Below are positions 16,502 through 25,861 of a stretch of DNA of 52,218 bases, piece by piece. Where the stretch lies: IMG/VR virus record IMGVR_UViG_3300025846_000001, positions 1 through 52,218 of that record; one strand, 5' to 3'. The stretch comes from a virus (Duplodnaviria > Caudoviricetes). Under the pieces are notes generated by a model. It made no database searches, was not told where the DNA came from, and saw nothing but the letters and a program-made list of their open reading frames with translations. Each line of letters starts with the position of its first letter. The stretch's first letter is position 1. The translations under genes were made by a program, and so were the position numbers.

Positions 16502-17629
16502 CTAAATTAAGCAGTATTCTTTTATCTTCAATAAATCGTTACCTGTCTTTTTATTGGCATAATTCAGCACTTCTTTAAGTAAATTATTTTCAACTTTGGT
16601 AAATAATCTATCCTGATATGCTCCATTGAAATAAGCATTATAAACTACATAATCAAGCAATTCATCTATTCTCCACTCAAAAGGATTCGCAGCATTATAA
16701 TAAAGCATACTACCTGTTGCTATATGGATAGTTGAATTTGATTTGTCAAAAACGTCAAGTTTTGTTTCTCCTATTAACCCAGCCGGATTAAAATTAAAAA
16801 CTGCGGGTGCTAAATTCCAATAATCTGGACTTGCAGGACTATCATAATCCTTTGTATAAGTACTTAATTCTGCTGGGGATTGCGGTACTCCTGCCTCTGT
16901 GTATGGAACGTATTCATCTAATTCACCAACCTTAATAAACTTGGAATAACCTTTTAAGTTAGCAAGATGAAAAGATGCTGTCTTATCATAGGCTATCTTA
17001 CTTCCTGTTCCTGTATATAAAAGATGACTTGTCCCGATAACGTCATATATATATTTTCCTGTTCCTGTAAGAATCCATTTATTTGTACCATCAACTTCTA
17101 CCCATGCACCACTCCCCACTCCAAAAACATCAGCAAGCCTGTCGTACATTCCGATAGTAATATTGTCTCGTATAGGATTCGTGCACTTGGAAAACCAAGC
17201 ACCGTCATCACTCCCTGCGGACACAGAAATCGTTATTGAAGCGCCATCAATTTTAATATAATATGCTACACCTGTTGATCCAAATTCTATCTCATGCCAT
17301 CCATAAGACATAGCTGTAATATGTTGTATTCTATTCAGAACAGCACCATCCTTATAGACTAAGAACTTCAATACTCCATCAACTGTATTTAATATAAAAT
17401 ATTTTGAACTTGTACCCACATCAGCAGATCCAAATATGACATTTGTTCCCGCAATGACATTCCAGTATGCTTTTATATATCCAGAGGCATTGCCAGAATT
17501 GAAATTAGCTACTGCTTTATATAACTTATCATCTGTCCCATTAAAAGTGGAATATGCCGGTTTTGGCTGTGACCATAAACCAAATTGTCCGTATGGTGTT
17601 TGTTTTTTCTCTTTAAATATAGTTTCCAT
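16502..17629 (-). CDS. Virion appendage protein with a LamG/ConA-like domain
   Basis: FNGTDD...GWHEI...IKIDG...ITIG pattern. Confidence 0.55.
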   Translation of the reverse strand: METIFKEKKQTPYGQFGLWSQPKPAYSTFNGTDDKLYKAVANFNSGNASGYIKAYWNVIAGTNVIFGSADVGTSSKYFILNTVDGVLKFLVYKDGAVLNRIQHITAMSYGWHEIEFGSTGVAYYIKIDGASITISVSAGSDDGAWFSKCTNPIRDNITIGMYDRLADVFGVGSGAWVEVDGTNKWILTGTGKYIYDVIGTSHLLYTGTGSKIAYDKTASFHLANLKGYSKFIKVGELDEYVPYTEAGVPQSPAELSTYTKDYDSPASPDYWNLAPAVFNFNPAGLIGETKLDVFDKSNSTIHIATGSMLYYNAANPFEWRIDELLDYVVYNAYFNGAYQDRLFTKVENNLLKEVLNYANKKTGNDLLKIKEYCLI

Positions 17630-17630
17630 A

Positions 17631-18863
17631 TCATTTAAATTTTACCCACATTGTACCAGTCCCAAAAGGTAATGTACTTATTGAAGCATCCATCCGCCAC
17701 CATCCTTGTGCATTTTTAGTAGACACCCTTAAATAACTCAAATTACCTCCCGGCCCTGTCAGTGTTTTCTCTAAATTAGTAACTCCGCTATCTTTTGATA
17801 GGATTAATTTCCTATAACTATTTCCACCACAACCAGCTATAAACTCACCATTAGAGTTCATTTGGAAACTATTAATAATATCAGCCACATTTGAGTAAAC
17901 ACCTATGTATTCTACTGTATCAAGTAAGCCGGCAATTGGTACTTTGTAAATTGATCTCTTTAATACATCCCCGGTTGCATCGCTTCCCCAAAATATATAA
18001 GTACCGTCATAATACATACCCGTTGTCTTATTATAAGAGTTTTCATCGCTTGATGCTAACGTCAAGGGAGTCCATACGCCACCACTATAAGTTAATTTAA
18101 GCCAATTACACCTATCAACCGTGTCTCCTGTCTGAACTATCCAGTACCCATCAATAAAATTGGTAGCGTGAATATGCCTTGCTGCAAGATTAGGTGCAAT
18201 ACCATCGAACTTATATATAATTCTAATAGTAACTCCTGAATCTAAGGTTGCAAAAACATTAGTTTCATTATCAGAAACACCCACGCTATTACCATAATTA
18301 CCCCAAACATCATATTCAACTCCACCGATAATGACCTGCCTACCAACATTGAGTTCTTTATAACTTTGGCCGTCTGAATTAACAGATGGTGTCCATGCTG
18401 ACCCATCAATATCTTTTACAATTACTTCATTGTAAGTAGAAAGATCATCAGTGCTTAAATATACTTTTGTTTGTGTGCACCATAGAATATTACCGTTTGC
18501 ATATATCTTTGATCTTCTTATTTCATTACAATCAGCAAACGGAATATTTTTAACAAATGAAAATCCAGCATCATAGGATAAATACAGTACACCGTTTGAA
18601 TATGCAAATACCTTATTATCAATAGCGTATTCTCCTTTTATAGAAGTATCCCACCTGAAATAAATATTTGCATCAGAACCAACCACGCCCAAGACAGGAA
18701 TTAAAACATCCTCTTCGCTTACTCCTTGATACCATGTATCTAATCCACTTACAGATTGTGGCGTCCAGTAACTACTCCCAGTATTATGAAGCGGTATTGT
18801 TAATCTTGTTGCTGAAATTCCCGGCATAGCTAATGATGTTTTATTTTTAAACGGTACATTCAT
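17631..18863 (-). CDS. Asp-box/BNR beta-propeller (sialidase-like) virion protein
   Basis: Asp-box-like SYDAGFSF, STDDLSTY, TLDSGVTI, SKDSGVTN; ARHIH motif; N-terminal peptide shared with the GH16 protein. Confidence 0.65.
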   Translation of the reverse strand: MNVPFKNKTSLAMPGISATRLTIPLHNTGSSYWTPQSVSGLDTWYQGVSEEDVLIPVLGVVGSDANIYFRWDTSIKGEYAIDNKVFAYSNGVLYLSYDAGFSFVKNIPFADCNEIRRSKIYANGNILWCTQTKVYLSTDDLSTYNEVIVKDIDGSAWTPSVNSDGQSYKELNVGRQVIIGGVEYDVWGNYGNSVGVSDNETNVFATLDSGVTIRIIYKFDGIAPNLAARHIHATNFIDGYWIVQTGDTVDRCNWLKLTYSGGVWTPLTLASSDENSYNKTTGMYYDGTYIFWGSDATGDVLKRSIYKVPIAGLLDTVEYIGVYSNVADIINSFQMNSNGEFIAGCGGNSYRKLILSKDSGVTNLEKTLTGPGGNLSYLRVSTKNAQGWWRMDASISTLPFGTGTMWVKFK

Positions 18864-19234
18864 TCTTTTATAAGTTTAAATGCCTCTACAATAGAATGCG
18901 TAGTCTTAATTCCCGATGTAAAATTTGTATCTGTTACGGTTGTTATGATCCTTGCAAAATATTTTGTACAGATAGGCCAAAGAGCGTGAATAGAAGGATC
19001 GATATAACAAGCCAATGTCCCGGAAGCAGCAACTAAAGTGATAACTTCTCCGGTTAAAATTGTGCCAGTCCAGTAAACGGTATTATTAGGGATTGCCTTA
19101 TCGGACTTGATGATCTCTACTGAAACATCATCCAGAGTAGTTATATCAATCGGCAATAGAGTATCCGCATCGATCAATGTTAATTCTAATTGAATGCTAT
19201 CAACCCCTCGAATATATGAATCGATTGTTGCCAT
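18860..19234 (-). CDS. Small structural protein (BppU N-terminal-like adaptor)
   Basis: RG.....L.L.D....PIDIT pattern; precedes the appendage genes. Confidence 0.45.
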   Translation of the reverse strand: MATIDSYIRGVDSIQLELTLIDADTLLPIDITTLDDVSVEIIKSDKAIPNNTVYWTGTILTGEVITLVAASGTLACYIDPSIHALWPICTKYFARIITTVTDTNFTSGIKTTHSIVEAFKLIKE

Positions 19235-19235
19235 A

Positions 19236-20303
19236 TTATAGTCTTTGTGATATTTTTCCTACACTAAGGGAAGATTTACATTTGAGACATTCACCCCGCG
19301 ATGGTTCAATATTCTCTGCAATGAAATTTATCAGGGCAGTGTATCTCTCCGAGTAATATGCCATATTTGCGCCTAATACGTCATCATTGCCAATCAACGT
19401 GTAACGGCTTACCTCCCCTGAGTTCTTAATCTCATAAGTCAGAAACTCCGCTGTCTTATAAAGAATAGCATAAGCAATAGCTCTATCGATTTCATTATTT
19501 TCAAAGTCTGAGTGCTCACTGCAAAGCATAGCCACGGCATCGCATTTAAACTCTCCATGAAGCCTTAATCCCTGAGCATAATCAGTAACGGCCCAATGAT
19601 CGCGCTCGTTAGGATCATCGCCATGTATCCCCCCAGCCATTGACCATAATGTCCAGTTCTCTTTTGAAGAGTTAAAGCAAGGCTTAGCGATATTAAAACA
19701 CCAACGATAACCACCGCATCCGCATGTCATCTTATTATTGTACGGAGTTCCGACAGGAGAATAGATAAAATAATAATTCCCATTCAATTCAAGGTCAATA
19801 GGTGTTATCGCTGTGTATTTCGGTTTGCCGGCATCGGACGAAATAGCAACTGTATGTAAAAGCTGAAAATCATCATAAATCAATAGATTGACATTTTCTG
19901 TTGTGTTAAGATTTAAGGTAACTCCCCGCAATATAAACACCCCTCCACGTATATCGGAATAAACACGCATACCGTGATAAATGTCCTTAGTGATTACCTG
20001 AGTAAATCTTCTGTGCCCTATGTCGCCGGAGAACTTTTCTCTTCGATATTCATTATATTTTAAAAGTTCTGTGAATATGTCGGTGCGAAAAGTATTAACC
20101 CCATTTATGCGCGCGCAGGTCATCATATCCCAGATGTTATCCTTACCGCCTACCGCATCAAGAATGCGTAAAGACATCCCTTGAAGTTCATCGACAAATA
20201 ATCCGGAATTGGATACTGAATAGGCGACATCGTAATCAGCGACACATAAGTCTTCGCTACGTGTTAATCCTATGATATTTTCAAAACAAACTGGCAAACT
20301 CAT
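19236..20303 (-). CDS. Putative head-tail connector/adaptor, Cys-rich
   Basis: First gene after the MCP; AIAYAILYKTA helix; 11 Cys. Confidence 0.55.
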   Translation of the reverse strand: MSLPVCFENIIGLTRSEDLCVADYDVAYSVSNSGLFVDELQGMSLRILDAVGGKDNIWDMMTCARINGVNTFRTDIFTELLKYNEYRREKFSGDIGHRRFTQVITKDIYHGMRVYSDIRGGVFILRGVTLNLNTTENVNLLIYDDFQLLHTVAISSDAGKPKYTAITPIDLELNGNYYFIYSPVGTPYNNKMTCGCGGYRWCFNIAKPCFNSSKENWTLWSMAGGIHGDDPNERDHWAVTDYAQGLRLHGEFKCDAVAMLCSEHSDFENNEIDRAIAYAILYKTAEFLTYEIKNSGEVSRYTLIGNDDVLGANMAYYSERYTALINFIAENIEPSRGECLKCKSSLSVGKISQRL

Positions 20304-20320
20304 ATTATATTATTTTAAGT

Positions 20321-20360
20321 AAAAAAGGCCTGATACAAAATTAAATGATCAGACCTTTTT
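20321..20360 (-). terminator. Intrinsic terminator after the MCP, with a TAATTTTG promoter element in its loop
   Basis: AAAAAGGTCTGAT...ATCAGGCCTTTTTT. Confidence 0.7.
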
Positions 20361-20384
20361 ATTAAGAAACATTAAGTTATATTA
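20336..20384 (-). promoter_or_regulatory. Putative late promoter: 25-bp box, 16-bp spacer, TAATTTTG
   Basis: Same box and spacing as 9032-9080. Confidence 0.7.
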
Positions 20385-21392
20385 AGCACATGCAAATGCT
20401 AAAATACCAGAATTGGTTGCAGAGCAAGGAGCAGGATTCAGCGCAAACAGTCCATGAAGCTGAACTTTAAATGCGGTGAAGTAATCGTTATTCAAACAAG
20501 TCCTTTCAGTAAAGATGTCATAAGACACTCCCGGAAGGTTCCTTGAGTTTTCACTCCATGCCATCCTGTCAGCGGTGAGTTGTACGGCATTAGCACCACC
20601 AAGCGGATACCAAGCCTTGCCAACGAAAGCAACAGCGGTTTTATGCAGTAAGAACGTGTAAGCCGGGGCGATAACCTCAACATTTTCAGGGTCAAGATAC
20701 ATCTTCAGCGTATTCATCTTTGCATAATTACCTTTACCATCAGCATTACCAACTTCCAGAGACCGGTTAAAGATCAACTGATAAAGGTTTGTTCCGGTAA
20801 TACCATAAGGAGAAGTAAATTTATTCATCCTTGCAACCAGATCCATATAACCCCAGATATTATCATTCCAGTTACCTGGAGCAATAGTTGTCAGAGCGCC
20901 GGCAACGGTTCCAACACCTCCGGTATATACGTTCGTCCCAGCAGCAGCAAGAATCCCTGTTAAAACAAACTGAGCAATATACTCATCTAATAGTTTTTTA
21001 CGTCTCTCAATGAGGAATGCGATAGACTCTTCTGGGTTTGTAGTTCTCTCCCTATATACACGGTCGGCAACTTTAAAAGACGACTCCTGTAAACAGGTAA
21101 TCTCATATTCCTTACATTCCGGAGTTGCATCATCACCGTCAATAGAGCAATCATCGGTACATGCTTCGGTAGTGGCATCGCAATCAGTGAGCCATTCCAA
21201 AGAAATAACTTTCTTTTTATTCTTATCTTGAAGTTCACCAAACTTAACAGATTGGTTTTCAAGTACAGCCTTTGCAGCATTTACATCAGCTTTCAGATCA
21301 ATGTTTTTTATAGGATCAAGCCAGATCGCATCAGCTTTTGCCTGAATCGTAGCTAAATATCCACAGTCAATTAATGAGTTCGGTTGTGACAT
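20382..21392 (-). CDS. Major capsid protein (HK97 fold likely)
   Basis: 336 aa after the scaffold; spine-helix-like ESIAFLIERRKKLLDEYIAQFVL; followed by a terminator; 9 Cys. Confidence 0.8.
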   Translation of the reverse strand: MSQPNSLIDCGYLATIQAKADAIWLDPIKNIDLKADVNAAKAVLENQSVKFGELQDKNKKKVISLEWLTDCDATTEACTDDCSIDGDDATPECKEYEITCLQESSFKVADRVYRERTTNPEESIAFLIERRKKLLDEYIAQFVLTGILAAAGTNVYTGGVGTVAGALTTIAPGNWNDNIWGYMDLVARMNKFTSPYGITGTNLYQLIFNRSLEVGNADGKGNYAKMNTLKMYLDPENVEVIAPAYTFLLHKTAVAFVGKAWYPLGGANAVQLTADRMAWSENSRNLPGVSYDIFTERTCLNNDYFTAFKVQLHGLFALNPAPCSATNSGILAFACA

Positions 21393-21394
21393 AA

Positions 21395-22267
21395 TTATTT
21401 ATTTTTCGTTTCCCAATTAGTTTGTATTTCAACTCTTTCTTTTGGGGTTAACGTCTGATCTCTCATTATATTGATATAGTCGTCTCTGTCTTTAGGCATC
21501 TTGACTTTACTTCCATTAGGTCCTGCCGCGGGTTTATTCCCGGACGAACTTCTATCTTCAGCTTTTTTAAAATCAAAATATCTTTCGGCGTGTCCTTTTA
21601 CGTGATCCTGAAAATTAACATTATTCGCGTGACCATCCTGAAGTGGGGTTCCATCTTCTTTTAGTACGATGAACCCTGACTCATCTTTCTGGTATTTGTT
21701 CTTTTTCAATTCACTTACAAGAACAGCTTTTAATGCCGCTGCCTTTTTAGCATCTTCCGGTAAAATAGGATTAAGGTTATCAAACTCTGCAAGAGCGGCT
21801 GTCTCGACTTCCTTAAATAGATTTACGCTATTTATCTCATCTTCTTTTGCCTTTAACTTATCTTCCAGTTCTTTATCCTTTGCCTTCAATACCTTTGAAT
21901 GTTGATTAACGAGCTTTATGACTTCTGGATTTTTCATTATATCCTCCGTCCCGGCTCCTTCGACTTCGCCCAACTTTGTCTCTACAATGTGATCAAACAA
22001 ATCAACTCCGATTAAATCAGATTCAACTTCATATTTCTCTTTGAGTTCTTTTTCCAGTTTCAGGGATGCTTCCTTCAATCCTCTGTTATACTGGTTTGTT
22101 TTGTCCGCTGTAAGTTTTGAGATCCTTTCAGTGTCTTTGCGCTCAATTAAAGAAAAGTCTGTTAATTCTCCGGCTTCATTATAAAGGCTGGCCAAGTCCT
22201 CAGCAGTGAGTTTAAAGGCTTTCACTGCAAATGCCTCAAATGCTTCCGCATTAATATTTTTATCCAT
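21395..22267 (-). CDS. Capsid scaffolding protein
   Basis: Lys/Glu-rich coiled coil, Gly/Ser/Pro linker and short C-terminal helix; directly before the MCP. Confidence 0.75.
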   Translation of the reverse strand: MDKNINAEAFEAFAVKAFKLTAEDLASLYNEAGELTDFSLIERKDTERISKLTADKTNQYNRGLKEASLKLEKELKEKYEVESDLIGVDLFDHIVETKLGEVEGAGTEDIMKNPEVIKLVNQHSKVLKAKDKELEDKLKAKEDEINSVNLFKEVETAALAEFDNLNPILPEDAKKAAALKAVLVSELKKNKYQKDESGFIVLKEDGTPLQDGHANNVNFQDHVKGHAERYFDFKKAEDRSSSGNKPAAGPNGSKVKMPKDRDDYINIMRDQTLTPKERVEIQTNWETKNK

Positions 22268-22454
22268 TTTTAGATATTTTCTTTTTAGTTATTTCTATTG
22301 GTTTGTTAATTACTGGTACTTCTCTGAGTTTACGTTCCACGATAGGAGTCATGTCATAAGATTTATCCCATCCACGTCCGACAAGATTATCCCAGACCTC
22401 ATCCGATATGATTTCTACCTTTTTTGTTTTCTTGCCTATAATCTCTTTTGCCAT
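22260..22454 (-). CDS. Hypothetical protein (head operon)
   Basis: 64 aa; coupled to the scaffold gene. Confidence 0.55.
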   Translation of the reverse strand: MAKEIIGKKTKKVEIISDEVWDNLVGRGWDKSYDMTPIVERKLREVPVINKPIEITKKKISKNG

Positions 22455-22852
22455 TACTTTGTAGATTTGGAACGTACACGAGATTTGCGGGTTTTCTTAG
22501 CAGCTTCAGAAAACTTCTCCACAAGGGGAGATTTTGATGATGTAAGATCAGAAATATCAGAAGTATTAACTTCAATTGTTTTTTCAATACTTCCATTTAA
22601 ACCCGGTTCAGGAATCAGGTCAACTTTCTTTTCATCCCCGGGATATTCTGTTGCTATTGGTTTGGTAATTAATGGAGGCGACACCCTTTTAAGAGGCACT
22701 CCCTTATTAAGTTCAACAGGCTTAGGAAGTGGTTGAAACTCCGACCATCCCAGATGCTCCTTAGCTATTTGTGCAGCTCTTGGACTAAAAACTCGTTTTT
22801 GATTGTCTTTTATTAAAGTAATTTTTTCCATAATTGAATAATTAATTGACAA
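22454..22852 (-). CDS. Hypothetical protein with basic C-terminus
   Basis: Probable start at MEKITL; Pro-rich linker and K/R-rich tail. Confidence 0.55.
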   Translation of the reverse strand: MSINYSIMEKITLIKDNQKRVFSPRAAQIAKEHLGWSEFQPLPKPVELNKGVPLKRVSPPLITKPIATEYPGDEKKVDLIPEPGLNGSIEKTIEVNTSDISDLTSSKSPLVEKFSEAAKKTRKSRVRSKSTK

Positions 22853-22934
22853 ATATCAATATAATAAATGACATATATTACTTTTTCTATTGATAATTAT
22901 CAACATTTATTAACAAAATGCAATTATATGAAAT

Positions 22935-22963
22935 AAAAAAGCCCCTAAAATTAATTAGAGGCT
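22935..22963 (-). terminator. Intrinsic terminator
   Basis: AGCCTCTAA...TTAGGGGCT followed by U5. Confidence 0.75.
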
Positions 22964-23018
22964 AATAGTAAAAGTTCGGGGACGATAATTATTCTAAAAA
23001 AATGATCTGGAAACCTAT

Positions 23019-23163
23019 TTATCTTAACATCCTTTCAGTTAATTTATTTATTTTTTCTTTTAATTCTTTTATTTCAGTAGATTGTTTTGCAAGAATAATC
23101 CAAAAGTAAATTATTGAAATTAAAGAAAACACTAAATACAAAAAATCAACTAATTTTTCCATA
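23019..23163 (-). CDS. Small single-TM protein
   Basis: MEKLVDFLYLVFSLISIIYFWIILAK; ATG at 23163 directly follows the upstream stop. Confidence 0.5.
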
Positions 23164-23652
23164 TTATCTATTTTGAGGGTCAGAATAAATGCCGTTAAAA
23201 TTAGGATTAACAGAATACAGTTCATCTCTAAGAGGCTGACCTGTCCCTTTTTTAATTCGTCTATTCATTTCCTTAATATCTCTTTTGTCAGTTATCTGGA
23301 CATTATATTCTATTGTGAATGCTTTAAAATTCCTTTGTTTAATTAATTTCTTTTGAAACTTTAAACACTCTTTTGGAGGTTCTTTAAATTTATATAACTC
23401 ATTAATTAAATCATCATTTGCATTAATTAGCGTAAGTTTCTTGCGTTTATTAAATTGTTTTCTTGATTCCCTTTTCTTAGAAGACACTAATAACTCTTCT
23501 GCAAAAATAGTTCTATTAGCCGATTGTTCTGCTTTATTTTTAAAATGTTCCAATACTTCTTTTGGAAGATTTCCTTTTTTTGCGTTTTTTAACATTTTAT
23601 TTAATTCTAATTCAGTAAAAATACCAACCCCTTCAAAAATATATGTTTTCAT
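23164..23652 (-). CDS. Basic hypothetical protein (moron-like; start re-called at MKTYIF)
   Basis: Has its own promoter/leader L2 upstream and a terminator downstream; Lys-rich. Confidence 0.6.
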   Translation of the reverse strand: MKTYIFEGVGIFTELELNKMLKNAKKGNLPKEVLEHFKNKAEQSANRTIFAEELLVSSKKRESRKQFNKRKKLTLINANDDLINELYKFKEPPKECLKFQKKLIKQRNFKAFTIEYNVQITDKRDIKEMNRRIKKGTGQPLRDELYSVNPNFNGIYSDPQNR

Positions 23653-23659
23653 TTTGACA

Positions 23660-23784
23660 ATTTTAAAATCCCCTTCAAGTTCCGTCAGAAACAAGAAGGG
23701 GATTTGTGGTTTTTAAACCGTATTTCTTATATGTATCTGACGGAATACAATTACAAATATAAACCTTTATTTTTTATAAACAAA
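23660..23784 (-). promoter_or_regulatory. Promoter (TTTG-N19-TATATTTG) plus pseudoknot leader L2
   Basis: -33 at 23781-23784, -7 at 23754-23761. The 5' segment 23736-23745 is perfectly complementary (10 bp) to 23680-23689 in the loop of the 11-bp hairpin 23695-23705/23666-23676. Confidence 0.8.
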
Positions 23785-23790
23785 TTTATT

Positions 23791-24780
23791 TTAGCTTTTC
23801 TTCAAATCTTGACGTAAATCAAAAGCCAGATCATCAGAAATGAAACCTATTGAATGTCTGCAATTATAACCTCCAGCATCGGTTAAAGGTTGATAACCAG
23901 GATAACCAAGATAACTTGGTACTTCATAAGGATTCTTTGACTTAATAACATACCCTGCAGGATATTCACCTATGGAAGGAGTCCATTCACCCCATAGAGC
24001 AGCTTCGTCCCTTGTCCATACTTTATTATTGTGAGCAGCGCAAAAGTCCCGGGAATCATCTATTAATCCACCCTGATAGACAAAATATTTCATATCAAAT
24101 TCATCAGCCAAAGAAGTATTATAAGCTCGATCATACTGTTGGTATATATCATAAGCATACCTTTCGTATTGTTTTTCCAAGGCTCCTGTTTGAAGAATAG
24201 TCTTAACTCCGTCTTTAATTACCTCACGTGGCACACCCTCGACAATATCAGTCAGTCCTTTGATAAATACCTTTGTATCTACTTGTCCTGTTATAGACTT
24301 TGAAACGAAACTCTTTACCTGTGTTGCTAATGTCTTGTCGGTAAAAAAGGATTCAAGAAAGCCACCTCTAACCATTTTACCACCTTCTAATCCGATCCGC
24401 ATATTGATCTTCTTTTCAGTAGCACTAACAATCTTACCGAATCGGGAACCAAGATCACCAATGAGCGCAACGCCTATATAACTATTCTCCAAGGCAACCA
24501 GTCCATAAGTAGTATTTACTATCTGCGGTAATATTGTTAGCTCCTGAATCTTTGCGAACTTCTTATATATATCTTCAACCTGGCTTAACTTTCGGTAATT
24601 AGTCAAAACATCCAAAAGGGATCCTTCTTTAAAGGTCATGTCTGGAAGTAAATCTGCCAGTAACTCATTAAGAAACTGCGATTGTAATTTAACAACAGAC
24701 TTCTCAAGTTCGGTTCTATGAAGATCAATATAATCCTGCTTTTTATTTAACAGATCTATAATCCGTTTTGGAATTTTCAT
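23791..24780 (-). CDS. MuF-like minor head (morphogenesis) protein
   Basis: Y.GG...DSRDFC and GGYNCRH motifs. Confidence 0.8.
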   Translation of the reverse strand: MKIPKRIIDLLNKKQDYIDLHRTELEKSVVKLQSQFLNELLADLLPDMTFKEGSLLDVLTNYRKLSQVEDIYKKFAKIQELTILPQIVNTTYGLVALENSYIGVALIGDLGSRFGKIVSATEKKINMRIGLEGGKMVRGGFLESFFTDKTLATQVKSFVSKSITGQVDTKVFIKGLTDIVEGVPREVIKDGVKTILQTGALEKQYERYAYDIYQQYDRAYNTSLADEFDMKYFVYQGGLIDDSRDFCAAHNNKVWTRDEAALWGEWTPSIGEYPAGYVIKSKNPYEVPSYLGYPGYQPLTDAGGYNCRHSIGFISDDLAFDLRQDLKKS

Positions 24781-24997
24781 ATAATTCTTTTTTTAATCTT
24801 TGGAATGTCGTTAATGCTGATTCAATATTATAATTTTCTTCGTCAACATACTTAAAATAATTATAAAGTGCCTTCTCTACACTTATTGCCGGCATGATCG
24901 ACCGTTGACCCTCAATAAAGAAAAACATCGATAGATCAGAATAGTTCCTTTTGTAAATCTTTGGGATCAGGGACATATATAACTTTTCCTTCGGCAT
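24743..24997 (-). CDS. Hypothetical protein
   Basis: 84 aa; coupled within the operon. Confidence 0.55.
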   Translation of the reverse strand: MPKEKLYMSLIPKIYKRNYSDLSMFFFIEGQRSIMPAISVEKALYNYFKYVDEENYNIESALTTFQRLKKELYENSKTDYRSVK

Positions 24998-25629
24998 TAT
25001 CTAAGGTTTTTTATTTGTCCGGAAGTATAGAGATGCTGAACGCTTCGCGGTAATCGTTGTAATGTAGTGCTTCCTAAATGATCAACTTGAACAGAACAAA
25101 TAACAGCATGTTTGATTTTCTTTGCCCTTAATTGTTCAGCATATACATTGTCAGAAAACCAGAAGCGGTGGCGCTCATTCAATGGTCCTATAATGGGCCA
25201 CAGTTCTTTATAGGTAAAGATGCACCATCCCGCTAACTGGTATCCGATTGTATAACCTTCATACGCTATATTGCCATGCTTATAAGATTTCTGTCTTACA
25301 TCATTTGAAAGTGCCGACGCTGATAGGTAATTATTAAGATTCATTATGTCTCCGATCTTTGACCATCCCTTATGAAAAATAAGATCATTATTAGCAAGGA
25401 TCTGAAATTCTGATTTTGCAAATTTTAATCCCAGATTCAGGGCCCGGTTATAATTGAACTCTCCATTGTAATTAACTATCTTATCAACATCATATATATA
25501 AGGATTCCCGGTCTCCACCACGATAATATTAAGATCCGCATTGTCTCTCCGTGCTGAATCAATACAAGCCTGAGTAATTTGAATCAAATCACCTACGCTT
25601 TTGGATATTATGATAAGATCATAAGTCAT
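24997..25629 (-). CDS. Glycosyltransferase family 2 (GT-A)
   Basis: FNYNRALNLG, ILANND (DxD-like), WFSDN, V.HLGS.T. Confidence 0.85.
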   Translation of the reverse strand: MTYDLIIISKSVGDLIQITQACIDSARRDNADLNIIVVETGNPYIYDVDKIVNYNGEFNYNRALNLGLKFAKSEFQILANNDLIFHKGWSKIGDIMNLNNYLSASALSNDVRQKSYKHGNIAYEGYTIGYQLAGWCIFTYKELWPIIGPLNERHRFWFSDNVYAEQLRAKKIKHAVICSVQVDHLGSTTLQRLPRSVQHLYTSGQIKNLR

Positions 25630-25850
25630 CTATAAAAGAATAATTGTATTTGTACCCAAATCCTATGGAATAGAGTTATTCGTTTTCTTTTATAAGGATA
25701 TAATTGCATTGCATTATAGGGATTGTCACAAATAAATTGACCACTACATGGATTGATATTTTTAGTTACCCACTCGTCCATTGCAAACGATTCTATTCCA
25801 TTTTCAGCCTCTATCGTCAATAATCCATCTTCATTTATTGTTGTTTTCAT
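25626..25850 (-). CDS. Hypothetical protein
   Basis: 74 aa between GT genes. Confidence 0.5.
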   Translation of the reverse strand: MKTTINEDGLLTIEAENGIESFAMDEWVTKNINPCSGQFICDNPYNAMQLYPYKRKRITLFHRIWVQIQLFFYR

Positions 25851-25861
25851 AGTATTTAGTT

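Noticed and set aside
20492-21280. Alternative-frame minus-strand ORFs inside the MCP (also 27622-27888, 36030-36221, 47830-48093, 50821-51081)
   Set aside because: Short and motif-less, unlike the 219-aa HNH inside the intein.
22908-22930. Third copy of the 25-bp late-promoter box
   Set aside because: Only a gapped partial match in very AT-rich DNA, with no TAnnTTTG at the 16-bp spacing.
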